Shown here in pieces: positions 1-13,142 of a stretch of DNA of 25,807 nt. Source of the stretch: Paramoeba atlantica (Eukaryota; Protista; Discosea); contig CDRNVI010000132.1 of NCBI GenBank assembly GCA_977017575.1, positions 1 to 25,807 on the forward strand, written 5' to 3'. The translations under genes were made by a program, and so were the position numbers. Position 1 is the stretch's first letter. Every line of letters starts with the position of its first letter. The notes under the pieces were generated by a model that was given only the letters and a program-made list of their open reading frames with translations, was not told the origin of the DNA and did no database searches.

Positions 1-1041
1 GGTTTGTTTTTAATTATTCAGATTTTAACAGGTGTTATTTTAGCTATGTATTATACACCTAATGCTGATTTAGCTTTTGCTAGTGTTAGACATATAGTTA
101 ATGATGTACATTTTGGTGATATGCTAAGAATGTACCATGCTAGTGGATCATCAGTTTTTTTTTTTGTAATATATTTACATGTATTTAGAGGTTTATATTA
201 TGGTTCATATACTTATCCTAGACAATTTGTATGAGTATCTGGTGTTATAATATTATTAATTATGATTATAACAGCTTTTGTAGGTTATGTTTTACCTTGG
301 GGTCAAATGAGTTTTTGAGCAGCAACTGTTATTACTAATTTAGTGTCAGTTATACCTTTTGTAGGTAATGATATATTATTATGATTATGAGGTGGATTTT
401 CTGTTGATGAAGCTACATTACATCGTTTTTTTAGTTTACATTATTTATTACCTTTTGTTATAGCAGCTTTAGCTGGAGTTCATATTATATTATTACATGA
501 AGTTGGTTCTAATAATATATTAGGTATTAATCATAAGGTAGATCAAATACCATTTCATCCTTATTTTGTTTTTAAAGATTTATTTAGTTCATTATTATTA
601 TTATTTGGTTTTAATATGTATGCTATAAAACATACTCCAAGTATAATAGACGCAGATAATTATTTAGAAGCAAATCCTTTAGTAACACCCGTACATATCG
701 TACCAGAATGATATTTTAAAGCTTTTTATGCAATTTTAAGATCTGTACCAGATAAAGCAGGTGGTTTTATCTTATTAGTTTTATCTATTATTGTTTTAAT
801 AATATTTCCATTTTATGTGAAAGCACCTATAGTTAGTGGTTATTTTAGACCTATTTATAATTTAGGTTTTTGATTATTTATTATGGATTTTATTACATTA
901 ACCTGAATAGGAGGTAAACCTATAGAAGAACCTTATTATTTTATAGGTCAAATGGCTACAAGTTTTTATTTTATATATTTTATTATATTGTTACCTGTTA
1001 TTGTTAAATTAGAAAAATCATTATATAAAAATATTACTTAA
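1..1041 (+). CDS. cob: Cytochrome b, 5'-truncated by the window edge (genetic code 4)
   Basis: Continuous frame when TGA=Trp. Heme His motifs ([28 protein letters not shown]), LPWGQMSFW and VPEWYF are present; TAA at 1039-1041. Confidence 0.99.
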
Positions 1042-1045
1042 ACAT

Positions 1046-1549
1046 ATGAATAAAATTTTTAATTTTATAATTTTTTATATTTCTATATTATTTTTAGTTA
1101 ATATGTTTTCAAATCATTTATTTTTTTTTAATTCTGTTGGTAATTTATTAATTATAATTATATTATTAATTATATCTTTATTTACTTTTTATATTTCTTC
1201 GTTAAAAAGTAATTTCTTAATTATAAAAAAAAATGAAATATATAAACAATATTATTTAAAATTATTAAAACTATATTATATTTTTTATTTATATAAAAAT
1301 ATAATATTTCAAAATATTTTAATATCTACATTTCAAAATTATTATTTTAAATTTATAATTTTATTTTATAATATTAATTTAAATATATTATTAAATTCTA
1401 TATCAAATTTATATAGTTATTTATATAATAATTTTTTAAATACTTTTTATATTAATAATTATTTTATATTTAGTATTAAATTTAAATTATTAAATCAAAT
1501 AAACTATAAAAATTTTATTTTTAAAAAATATTTTACTATAAAAAAATAA
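1046..1549 (+). CDS. orf167, probable ATP synthase subunit b (atp4/ymf39-like), highly divergent
   Basis: 167-aa ORF packed tightly between cob and nad3. It has a hydrophobic N-terminus (LFFFNSVGNLLIIIILLII) followed by a charged helical stretch (KKNEIYKQYY), the layout of protist Ymf39/Atp4. No diagnostic motif. Confidence 0.45.
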   Translation: MNKIFNFIIFYISILFLVNMFSNHLFFFNSVGNLLIIIILLIISLFTFYISSLKSNFLIIKKNEIYKQYYLKLLKLYYIFYLYKNIIFQNILISTFQNYYFKFIILFYNINLNILLNSISNLYSYLYNNFLNTFYINNYFIFSIKFKLLNQINYKNFIFKKYFTIKK

Positions 1550-1552
1550 TAT

Positions 1553-1909
1553 ATGAATTTTGAATATAGTATAATTATTATCTCTATATCATTAAGTATG
1601 ATTATTTCTTTAGTATTATTTTCTATTATTTTACTTCTTATTTATTCAAAATTTGAGATAGAAAAAGTTTCAGCATATGAATGTGGTTTTCACCCTTTTG
1701 AAGATACTAGACATAATTTTAATGTAAGATTTTATTTAGTATCTATTTTATTTTTAATTTTTGATTTAGAAATAATATTTTTATTTCCATGATTGACTTT
1801 AGTTAATTTTTTAGGAACAAGTGGTTTTTTAGTAGTATTGATTTTTATTACTATATTAACTATAGGTTTCATATATGAATGATTAAAAGGTGCTTTAACC
1901 TGAGAGTAA
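1553..1909 (+). CDS. nad3: NADH dehydrogenase subunit 3 (118 aa)
   Basis: [28 protein letters not shown] and C-terminal YEWLKGALTWE-TAA with TGA=Trp. Confidence 0.98.
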
Positions 1910-1927
1910 AAAATTATTTTATATATT

Positions 1928-2680
1928 ATGAATAAATTTTTTCAACCATTAGATCAATTTGATATATTTTCTTTATATATAAATTTTTATTTTAGTGATT
2001 TTTATATAACAAACTTATTTATATATTTATTTATTATTTTTTTTATAATAAATATTATAACAAGTAATGTATTATTATCTAAATTAAATTTAGTTTATAA
2101 ATCGTTATGACAATACATATATGAGAATTTTATATATTTATTTCCGTTAAATGTTTTAGTTACACAAGTAGGTAAAAGAGGTGAACCATATTTTGTTTAT
2201 ATAGCTAGCTTATTTTATTTTATATTAATAGCAAATTTTATTGGTTTAGTACCAAGTTCTTTTACTATTACAAGTCATATAATTTTAACATTTTTATTAG
2301 GATCAATTACTGTTATAGGATTAACTATAATAGGTTTTTTAAAACAAAAATTACATTTTATACAGTTATTTATACCAAAAGGTGTTCCTAATATTTTATT
2401 ACCTATGTTAATAGGTATCGAAGTTATTTCTTATATTGCAAGAGGTTTTAGTTTATCTATACGGTTATTTGCAAATTTAATGTCGGGACATTCATTAATA
2501 CATATTTTATTATTTTTTATTGTAAAAATATTAAAATTTAATTATATTATAGGTATTTTAGGAATATTATTAATAACTGTAATTTTTTTATTAGAGTTTG
2601 GTATTTCATTTTTACAAGCTTATGTATTTATTGTTTTAGTTTCTATTTATTTAAAAGATTCTTACGAAGCTGGACATTAA
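1928..2680 (+). CDS. atp6: ATP synthase subunit a (250 aa)
   Basis: N-terminal QPLDQF, SLSIRLFANLMSGH with the essential Arg, FLQAYVF. Both ORF-track fragments are in one frame, joined through TGA. Confidence 0.98.
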
Positions 2681-2698
2681 AAAACATTTATTTTAACA

Positions 2699-3019
2699 AT
2701 GTTTAATATCTTAATTCCTTTTGAAACATTTATACCTATTTTAAGTTTTAGTTTATTTATTATAGGTATAGCGGGTATTTTTATTACACGTAGAAATATA
2801 ATAATAATAATAATGTCTATAGAGTTAATTTTAGCATCTGTAAATTTATTATTTATTTTTTTATCAATATATTTAGATGATATATATGGTCAGATATTTG
2901 CTTTATATATATTAACTATAGCAGCTTCTGAATCAGCTATTGGTTTAGGATTAATAGTTATTTATTATAGATTAAGAGGTATTATATCTATAGATTATAT
3001 TAGTACTATAAAAGGTTAA
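2699..3019 (+). CDS. nad4L: NADH dehydrogenase subunit 4L
   Basis: RRNIIIIIMSIELIL and LTIAASESAIGLGL motifs. Confidence 0.97.
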   Translation: MFNILIPFETFIPILSFSLFIIGIAGIFITRRNIIIIIMSIELILASVNLLFIFLSIYLDDIYGQIFALYILTIAASESAIGLGLIVIYYRLRGIISIDYISTIKG

Positions 3020-3038
3020 ATTTTTTTATATACTTTTT

Positions 3039-5057
3039 ATGTATTTATTAGTATTATATTTACCATTAATAAGTTTTTTAATTATAAGTTTTTTTGGGCG
3101 TTTATTAGGAAATAAAGGTAGTTTTATAATTGCGAATTTTAATATGTTATTAACAGTGTTGTTATCATATTATATTTTTTATGAAACTGTATTAAAAGGT
3201 TCTGTATGTTTTTTAAAATTATTTTCATGATTTAATATAGGTTTATTTAATGTAACATGAGGATTTATTTTCGATCCTGTAACAGGTGTTATGTTAATTG
3301 TAGTAAATACAATATCTTTATTAGTTCATTTTTATTCAATAGGTTATATGTATAATGATCCTTTTTCTTCTCGATTTGTATCTTATTTATCATTATTTAC
3401 ATGATTTATGTTAATGTTAGTTACAGCTGATAATATATTACAATTATTTTTAGGTTGAGAAGGTGTTGGTTTAGTATCTTATTTATTAATTAATTTTTGA
3501 TTTACAATAGCAGATGCAAACAAAGCTGCAATTAAAGCTATTATTATGAATAGAATAGGTGACATTGGAGTTGGTTTAGGTATATGTTTAATATATTTAG
3601 AATATAAAACATTAAATTTTAGTATAATATTCGCAATAAGTGATATGTGTCAATTTGATTATATTTATTTTATAAATAATTATTTTAATACAATAACTTT
3701 GATAACTATTTTTATATTAATTGGAGCTATGGGAAAATCTGCACAATTAGGTTTACATACTTGATTACCGGATGCTATGGCTGGTCCAACACCAGTTTCT
3801 GCTCTTATACATGCAGCAACAATGGTTACAGCTGGAGTATTTATTTTAATAAGATTATCACCAATGGTTGAATATTCAGCTATTGGTTTATGAATTATAA
3901 CTTTAGTTGGTGTTTTAACTAGTTTTTTTGCAGCAACTATAGGTTTATTTCAAAATGATATAAAAAAGGTTATAGCATATTCAACTTGTAGTCAATTAGG
4001 TTATATGGTGTTTATATGTGGGTTATCAAATTATTCACTAAGTTTATTTCATTTAACTAATCATGCTTTTTTTAAAGCATTATTATTTTTAAGTGCGGGG
4101 GCTATTATACATGCTTTATCTGATGAACAAGATATAAGAAAATATGGAGGGTTAATTAAATTATTACCTTATAGTTATATTATGATGTTAATAGGTTCTT
4201 TAGCATTAATGGGTATACCTTTTTTAACAGGGTTTTATTCTAAAGATGTTATAATTGAAATTACTTATATATCATATATAATAGATAGTTCTTTTATTTA
4301 TTGATTAAGTGTTATAGCAGCTTTGTTTACATCATTATATAGTATTAGGTTATTAGTATATGTTTTTATAACATCACCTAATGGTTATAGAAAAATGTTT
4401 GAATTAATACATGAATCTAATATTTTTATGTCTTTACCTTTATTTATATTAGCTTTAAATAGTATATTTTTTGGTTATATTAATAAAGATTTATTTATAG
4501 GATTAGGTAATGATACTTGATTAAATTGATTAAATATAATTTCAACTAGAAATATTTTAATTTTAGAATCAGAATTTTTACCTTGATATATAAAAAATAT
4601 TCCTTTTTTTTTTAGTATGTCTGGTATAATAATTATTTTTTTAATAAATTATTATTATACTTATTTATATAAAGTTTTAAGAAGTAATAATTATTTATAT
4701 TTTAAAAGATATAATAATATTGCAAGTTTTTTTTCTTATAAATGGTATGTGGATACTATTTATAATAAAATAATTTTAGGAGGTTTTATTAAATTATCCT
4801 ATATAGTATTTAAAAATATTGATAGAGGTATTATAGAATTAATAGGGCCTTTAGGTTTAGTTAGATTATGAAATTCTTTAAGTATTAATTATAAATATTT
4901 TTTCCCAACAGGTTATATTTTTAATTATTTGTTCTTATTTATTATTTCATCTGTTAGTTTAATTATATTCTATATATTACCTATAAATAATTTAAATAGT
5001 GAATTATTATTTATATTAATTGCTATAATTTTAATAAATAAATATAAAAATAAGTAA
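3039..5057 (+). CDS. nad5: NADH dehydrogenase subunit 5 (672 aa)
   Basis: All five ORF-track fragments share one frame. [43 protein letters not shown] and [10 protein letters not shown] are present; TAA at 5055-5057. Confidence 0.99.
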
Positions 5058-5074
5058 AATTTTTTTTAAAACAT

Positions 5075-5662
5075 ATGGATCAAAATTTATTTTATATATT
5101 TTTTTTTATAATAAGTATTGTATCGGCTATTTTAGTAATAATTTCTAAAAATCCTTTACATTCTATTATTTATTTAATATTAGTTTTTTGTAATATAGTT
5201 TTTATATTATTATTGTTGGAGTTGGAATTTATGTCTATGGTGTTTTTAATAGTTTATATAGGTGCAATAGCAGTATTATTTTTATTTATTATTTATATGT
5301 TAAATATAAAAGTTATAGAATTGAATGAATTAAATATAAAATATTTGATAGGTATTATATTATTAACTTTATTAATAATATTTTTAATTTATTTATATTA
5401 TATACCGATTAATGTAATTTTTAATATAGATTCCTCAAACAATAATAATTATATAAATTATTATAATATTTTATATAATATATCAAATTTAAATTTGATA
5501 TCTTTAATATTATACGATAAGCATTATATATTATTTATAATACTTAGTCTTATATTATTATTAGCTATGATTGGTGTTATTATATTAACATGTAAAAGAA
5601 CATATTATCTAAAAGAACAGGTAATTTTTGAACAAAATAAAAGGTTTATAAAGAATCCATAA
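5075..5662 (+). CDS. nad6: NADH dehydrogenase subunit 6
   Basis: [29 protein letters not shown] and [11 protein letters not shown] motifs. Confidence 0.96.
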   Translation: MDQNLFYIFFFIISIVSAILVIISKNPLHSIIYLILVFCNIVFILLLLELEFMSMVFLIVYIGAIAVLFLFIIYMLNIKVIELNELNIKYLIGIILLTLLIIFLIYLYYIPINVIFNIDSSNNNNYINYYNILYNISNLNLISLILYDKHYILFIILSLILLLAMIGVIILTCKRTYYLKEQVIFEQNKRFIKNP

Positions 5663-5663
5663 A

Positions 5664-7693
5664 ATGAATAATTATAAAATAAATAATATTGCAGTTAAAG
5701 ATAATAATATGAAAACTATATTACAATTATGTAATATGATTAATATAGATATACCAAAATTTTGTTATCATGAACAATTATCTATAGCAGGTAATTGTAG
5801 AATGTGTTTAGTTGAAGTAAAAGGAGCTATAAAACCTATAGCTTCTTGTGCATCCCCTTTAAATAATAATATGCATATATTAACTAATACTAAATTAGTT
5901 AAAAAGGCTAGAGAAGGTGTTTTAGAATTTTTATTATTAAATCATCCATTAGATTGTCCTATTTGTGATCAAGGAGGTGAATGTGATTTACAAGATCAAT
6001 CATTAATTTTTGGTAATGATAGAGGTAGATTTTATGAAAATAAAAGATCTGTTAATGATAAAGATTGTGGACCTTTAATAAAAACTATTATGACAAGATG
6101 TATTCATTGTACTAGATGTATACGTTTTATAGATGAGTTTATTGGTTATAAATATTTTGGTTTGATAGGTCGAGGACAAAATATAGAAATAAGTAATTTT
6201 TTATCAAAAAATATTAATTCGGAATTATCTGGTAATTTAATTGATTTATGCCCTGTAGGTGCTTTAACTTCTAAACCTTATTCATTCATTTCTAGACCTT
6301 GAGAACTTATTTCTTGAAATACTATAGATATTAATGATTTATTACATATAAATATTAGAATAGATATTAGAGATAGTGAAATATTAAGAGTTTTACCTTT
6401 ATTTAATGATTATATACATGAGATCTGAATCTCAGATCTAACTCGTTTTTCTTATGATAATCAAAAGAATAATCGAATAATTAATCCTTTAAAAAAGGAA
6501 GGTGCAAATAAATTTATTATATATAGTTGAGAAAAAGTATTAAATTTAATATTAAAAAAATGTTTAAATAGTAATTTACATTTTTTAATAGGTGATAATA
6601 TAGATAGTGAAACTGCTTTAGTAATAAAAAAGGAAAAAATTATTTTAATAATCATGAATTTACTATTAATTATAAAAAATTAACTAGGAATTCAAATAAT
6701 CGTAAAAATTATATTTTAGATTATAATATATATAAAGAATTAAATGAATTTAAAAATATTATATTAATTAATATAAATATTAGATTAGAATATCCTTTAT
6801 TAAATATAAAGTTAAAACGATTTAAAGATTTAAAATTATTAAATATTTATAATATAGGGACCTCTTATAATCAAAATTATAAAAATATAAATTATTCATC
6901 TAATTTATTAGAAGTAAAAAAATTTATAGAGGGAAAATCTTTATTAAATAATATTGTATTAAAAGCATCTAAAAATTTAATTTTATTAAATGATAATACT
7001 TTATTTAATTTTTTAATTACAACATTGAAAAATTTAAATTTAGAATCAAGTATTAATATAGGGTTTTTAAATAATTTAAATATAAATATTATAGCTAATG
7101 AATTAAATTTATTTAATTCATTAGTAAAATTTAATGATTATAGTTTTAAAAAAATGATTTATAAAGAAAATAATATTTTATATAATTTAAATAATTATAA
7201 TTATAATTATTTAAATTATAATTGTGATTATAATATTTTTCAAGGTTGTTATTTACCTATATTAAAAGAAATTAATAATTATGATTTATTATTACCATCA
7301 ATAACTCATTATGAAAAAAAAAGTTTATTTATAAATATATTTGGTTATTGTCAATCGACAAAATTTATTTTATTTCCGCCGAAGAATGCAAGAAATGATT
7401 GAAAAATATTATATATATTATTTAAAACAATTATTAGTGATGAAAAGATTATGAAATTATCTTTTAGTAATATTAGATTATTATTAAGTTCTTATAATAT
7501 AAATATAAATACTATATTAAATATATATAATAATAATGAAATATCAAATTATAAAAATATTATGGTTTTGAAAAATAAAAATTTATATAAAAATATGACT
7601 AATATATATTCTAATAATAAATTTTTACAATCATCAAAAATTTTAAACAGTTGTTTAATTAATTCTAAAAAAATATATAATAATTTTCATTAA
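5664..7693 (+). CDS. nad11: NADH dehydrogenase 75-kDa subunit (NuoG homolog), full length, with one -1 frameshift at ~6608-6680
   Basis: Fe-S motifs [32 protein letters not shown] and CIHCTRC...CPVGAL. The first frame stops at 6681-6683, while homology ([25 protein letters not shown]) continues in the -1 frame to TAA at 7691-7693. Confidence 0.95.
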
Positions 7694-7706
7694 AAGATTT
7701 TAAAAT

Positions 7707-8699
7707 ATGAATTTTTTGTTAACTTTAATTATAACAATATTAAAATATTTAATTTTAATAGTACCTGTATTAGTAACTGTAGCTATTTTTACAGTTTTTG
7801 AAAGAAAAGTTATGGGTTATATACAACGAAGACAAGGTCCTATAAAAGTAGGTTTTTTAGGTATTTTGCAACCTTTTGCCGATGGTTTAAAATTAATGAT
7901 AAAAGAACCTGTTATACCGGTAAATTCAAATTATTTAATGTATATAGCAGCTCCAATATTAACATTATTATTAAGTTTAATAAATTGAATATTAATACCT
8001 TTTGATGAAAATGTAGTAATATCTAATATTAATATAGGAGTTTTGTTTATTTTGGGTATTTCTTCTTTAAGTGTATATGGTGTTATTATAGCTGGTTGAG
8101 CTAGTAATTCAAAATATGCATTTTTAGGTGCTCTTAGATCTGCTGCACAAATGATATCTTATGAAGTATCTATAGGTATAATATTAATAACTCTTCTAAT
8201 AGGTGTAGGTTCTTTAAATTTAAGTAATATAGTATTAGCTCAAGAGGATATTTGATTTATTATACCATTTTTTCCTTTATTTTTATTATTTTTTATATCT
8301 TCTGTTGCAGAAACTAATAGACACCCTTTTGATTTACCTGAGGCAGAAGCAGAATTAGTTTCTGGTTATAATGTAGAATATTCATCAGTAGGATTTGCTT
8401 TTTTTTTTATCGGTGAATATGCTAATATTATATTAATGAGTGCATTAAATGTAATTTTATTTTTAGGAGGTTGATTACCACCTTTTAATTTTAATTTTTT
8501 TTTACCGCCTATAGTATGATTTACAATAAAAATTGTTTTAATGATATTTTTATTTATAGTAATAAGAGCCATGTTACCTAGATATAGATATGATCAATTA
8601 ATGATATTAGGTTGAAAAGTATTTTTACCGTTATCATTAGGTTTATTAGTTTTCTATGCAGGTATAATGATTGGTTTTGATTTTTTACTAATTTTTTAG
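7707..8699 (+). CDS. nad1: NADH dehydrogenase subunit 1 (330 aa)
   Basis: [48 protein letters not shown] and PRYRYDQLM; TAG at 8697-8699. Confidence 0.99.
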
Positions 8700-8724
8700 A
8701 ATAATAAAATATAAAAAATTTTGA

Positions 8725-10199
8725 ATGTTATTAAAAATTTTACTTTTTTTACCATTATTTTTTGCGTTTATTTTAAGTTTAATACCTAAGAAAAAAATTA
8801 TATTATTAAAACAATTATCTTTATTATTTAGTATAATAATTTTTTTTTATTGTATTAAATTATTAGGTAATTTTAATATATATTATTCGTATATTCAATT
8901 TCAATCAAGTATTAGTTATTATCCTGGTATGGATTTTAGTATAGGTATAGATGGTATTTCTATTTTTTTTATATTATTAATGAGTTTACTTTTACCTATT
9001 TCGTTATTAGTAAATTGAGAAAGTGTGAAATATCGTAATAAAGATTTTACTATTACTTTATTTATATTAGAATTTTTAGTTTTTTGTATTTTTTGTTGTT
9101 TAGATATATTTTTTTTTTTATATATTTTTTGAAGGTGTTTTAATACCTATGTTTTTTATTATAGGTATATGAGGTTCAAGACAACGAAAAATTCATGCTG
9201 TTTATCAATTTTTTTTATATACTTTTTTTGGATCAATATTTATGTTAGTATCTTTTTTAATAATTTACTTACATGTAGGTTCTACAAATTGAAATATAAT
9301 TAAATATATTGAATTTTCTGATCAACGACAATTAATATTATGATTAGGTTTTTTTATAGCATTTGCTATAAAAGTACCAATGATACCTTTTCATATATGA
9401 TTACCAGAAGCTCATGTCGAAGCACCTACAACAGGTTCTATCTTATTAGCTGGTATTTTATTAAAATTAGGTACTTATGGTTTTTTAAGATTTTTATTAC
9501 CTTTATTTCCTTATGGAATGAAATTTTTTTCACCTTTAGTTATAGTTATTTGTATAATTAGTGTTATATACGGTTCGTTAGTAACAATTAGACAAATAGA
9601 TTTGAAAAAAATAATAGCATATTCATCTGTTGTACATATGAATTTTGCAATAATAGGTTTATTTGCTAATAATTTAGAAGGTTTACAAGGTAGTTTATTC
9701 TTAATGATTAGTCATGGTATAATATCAAGTTCTTTATTTTTTTGCATAGGTGTTTTATATGATCGTTATCATAGTCGTATATTATATTATTATGGAGGTT
9801 TAGTACAAGTTATGCCTATATTTGCTGTAATATTTATGATTTTTTCTTTAAGTAATATGGGCTTCCCTGGAACAAGTGGGTTTTATTGGTGAAATTTTAA
9901 TATTAATAGGAGTTTTTTTATGAAATATAAAAATTTCATTATTATTATTTACTAGTGTTGTTTTTGCAGCTGTTTATTCAATATGGTTATATAATAGATT
10001 AATTTTCGGTGAAATAAAAAATTATAATATAATGATTTATAATAATTTTTATTATAAAAAATGATTTATAAAATTTTCAGATATTACTAAAAGAGAATTC
10101 TTTTTAATATTACCATTTATTTTTTTAAATTTTTTATTAGGTTTTTATCCTGATTTAATTTTTAATGTAACTTATCTATCAATTTTATCACTTATTTAA
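8725..10199 (+). CDS. nad4: NADH dehydrogenase subunit 4, with two +1 frameshifts (~9109-9119 and ~9881-9884)
   Basis: FEGVLIPM, KVPMIPFHIWLPEAHVEAP, IIAYSSVVHM and MGFPGTSGF-IGE. The frame changes at an 11-T run and at GGGTTTTATT. Confidence 0.97.
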
Positions 10200-10210
10200 A
10201 TTTAATTATT

Positions 10211-11704
10211 ATGAATTTTACAATTATTTTTAAAAATCAGGAATATCATTCTATATATAATGATATTAAATATTTATTACCAGAAATATTTTTAATTTCT
10301 GGTGTTTTATTAATTTTAGTATTTATTATTTTTTATTCAAATATTAATGTATATAAATATATAAAATTAGTTTATTGTACTATTAATTTATTGGTATTTA
10401 TATTAATATTATTTATATTATTAAATATTAATAATATAGATAATAATTTTATTAATTCATCTTATTTATTATATAGTGACGGTATAATTTTTTTTTATAA
10501 AAATTTATTGTCAATAATTATGATTATATTATTAGTTACTTCTTATAATTATATGAGATTAAATAAATTATTAATATTTGAATTTTATATATTAATGTTA
10601 TTATCTTTTATTGGTATGATAACTTTATTATTATCATATGATTTTATTACAGCATATCTTTCTATCGAATTACAAAGTTTATGTTTTTATATTTTAGCGG
10701 CAATAAATAGAAATAAGAATAGTTCTATAGAAGCTGGTTTAAAATATTTTATATTAGGATCATTTTCATCAAGTTTATTAATAGTAGGTATAGCAATTAT
10801 ATATGGTGTAACTGGATTTACTAATTTTTATGATTTATCAAAATTATTTGAATTAGGTTTATATAATATAAATTGGGATTCTTATATATTTATAGGTTTA
10901 TTATTTATTAATATAGGATTATTTTTCAAATTAGCTATACCTCCGTTTCATATATGATTACCAGATATTTATGAAGGTTCTTTGAAAATAGTATTAGCTA
11001 TTTTTGCATTATTGCCTAAATTGGCTATATTAATATTTTTTTGAAAAATATATTCTATAATTTTAATAAAAGATTTAATCGACTGACAAATATTTTTTTT
11101 AATATTTATACTATTATCTTGATTTATAGGTATATTAGGGGCTTTACAATCTAAAAAATTTTCAAGATTAATAGCTTACAGTTCTATTAATCATATGGGT
11201 TTTATATTATTAATTTTAATATTAAATGATGTATTGACTTTAACTTTATATATAATAATTTATATTTTAGCTTTAATAAATATTTTAATAATATGATTAA
11301 ATATATTTAAATTTAATAATTATAAAGGGATTAATACTATATATCAATTTTTATATATTATAAAATCTAATAATTTATTATTTATAATTTTATTAATAGC
11401 TATATTTTCATTAGCAGGAATACCACCATTAGCTGGATTTTTCAGTAAATTTTTTATTTTCATTAGTGCATTAAAACAAAATTATTATTTATTAGTAGTA
11501 ATTGGACTTTTATTTAGTGTAGTTAGTTGTTTTTATTATTTAAGGTTAATAAAAATTATTATGTTTAATAATAGTTTTTATTGATTTTTTTTAACTCCTT
11601 TAAAAAGAAGTTATGCTTACATAATTGTTATATTATTTGTAGTAAATTCGATTTTTATATTATTATTGCCTTTTTTATTAGAATATTTAAATTATATAAT
11701 ATAA
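10211..11704 (+). CDS. nad2: NADH dehydrogenase subunit 2 (497 aa)
   Basis: YLSIELQSL, SIEAGLKYFILG, FKLAIPPFHIWLPDIYEG and SLAGIPPLAGFFSK; TAA at 11702-11704. Confidence 0.98.
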
Positions 11705-11716
11705 TAATAATAATTT

Positions 11717-12321
11717 ATGAAGTATTTATATTTAAATCAGTTAATTTCAAGTAATTATAATATATCTTTACATAAAAAAAATAAATGAGGTAGACAACAA
11801 ATTAATAATATAATTGGTTGATGTAAATTACATAATTATGTAATTATAGATATTGTTTCTATATTTTTTAATATAAAAAATATAATTAATATAATTAATT
11901 ATATTTCAACTAAATTAGGTATACTTTATTATGTTTATTATCAGATAGTAATATAATTAATACTTCATTAAAAAGAGTAAAAATAAAAAATTTTTATATG
12001 GTATATTTAGATAAAATTTATGGTTTTATATCTAATTTTTATATGTTTATTAAAAAAGGTCGAAAACATTATAAAAATATAGTTAATTATAGATCAAAAA
12101 GGTTACCTGATATAGTATTTATGTCAAAAGATAGTTGAAAAGATTATAATAATTTTTTTAAAATATTTTTAGAATATAAAATATTATCTATAAAAAACAC
12201 ATCATTTTTAGAAAAGGATATTCATATTTGTTATAATATTATGGTTAATAATTCTTTAATTATATATAATTTATGAAAATATATATATAAGCAAAATAGA
12301 ATTTTATTTAAAAAATGTTAA
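11717..12321 (+). CDS. rps2: Probable ribosomal protein S2, with one -1 frameshift at ~11914-11953
   Basis: N-terminal segment (KW..., VIIDIVSIFFNIKNIINIINYISTKLGILYYV) and downstream KRLPDIVF fit the S2 profile. It follows nad2 as in other protist mtDNAs. Very divergent. Confidence 0.7.
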
Positions 12322-13021
12322 AAGTAAATTATAAAAAATTAAATTTAATAAGAGTTTATAAAAGAGATCTTTGAGGTAGAATAATATTAAATAGAAAATT
12401 ATTATTAATTAGAAATTATATTATTAAATTATTAAAAATAAAAAAATTTAAATATAATAAAAGAATAAATTTTTATAGGATTAATAATTTTGAGAAACCT
12501 GTATATTTTAGAAGAAGAACTAGATATGGTAAATATTTTATTTTACGAAGACAATTTAGAATTTTTTATGGTTTTTTAAGTATTAAAAATATAAAAAAAA
12601 TCATAAAAAAAAGTTTTAAAAAAAAATATGCTTTAAGTTATTTTATTTATATGATGGAATCTAGATTAGATGTATTAGTTTATAGATTACATTTAGTTAA
12701 AAGTGTTAGATCAGCTAGACAATGAATATTTAATGGTAATATTATTGTTAATAATAATATTATAATTAATCCACAATATAATTTAAAAAAAGGTGATATA
12801 TTAACTTTAAATAAAAAAAAATATTATATTTTAAAAAAAAATTATATTATAATATAAAAACAAAAAATTGATCTCGAAGTATTATACCTAATTATATTGA
12901 ATATGATTATAATAATTTTGTTTTTAAATTTATAAGTCTTAATATATATGATGTACCTTTTTTTGCTCCGGTTACTTCTTATACTTTTTTAAATATAATG
13001 AATTTTTATACAAGATATTAT
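12315..13021 (+). CDS. rps4: Ribosomal protein S4, with one -1 frameshift in the A-run at 12833-12841
   Basis: S4 core RQFRIFYG, MESRLDVLVYRL, SVRSARQWIFNGNIIVN and LKKGDIL. C-terminal IPNYIEYDY...NFYTRY lies in the shifted frame. Overlaps rps2 by 7 nt. Confidence 0.93.
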
Positions 13022-13142
13022 TTTTAATTTATTAAAATAATAATATCTTTAAACTTGATCTTTTTTTGTTTTGTGTGTTTATTTATCGTTATTACACATA
13101 AATTTATTATAATAATAATTATGTATTTTAAGATAAATAATT

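Noticed and set aside
6600-6700. nad11 as a genuinely split gene (nad11a/nad11b)
   Set aside because: The break lies at ~residue 320 inside the C-terminal domain rather than right after the Fe-S domain. There is no spacer, and a single added base in an A-run restores colinearity.
13061-13080. GT-rich tracts after rps4 (13061-13080) and atp9 (20220-20238) as a shared RNA-processing signal
   Set aside because: Only two loosely similar low-complexity copies; not distinguishable from background.
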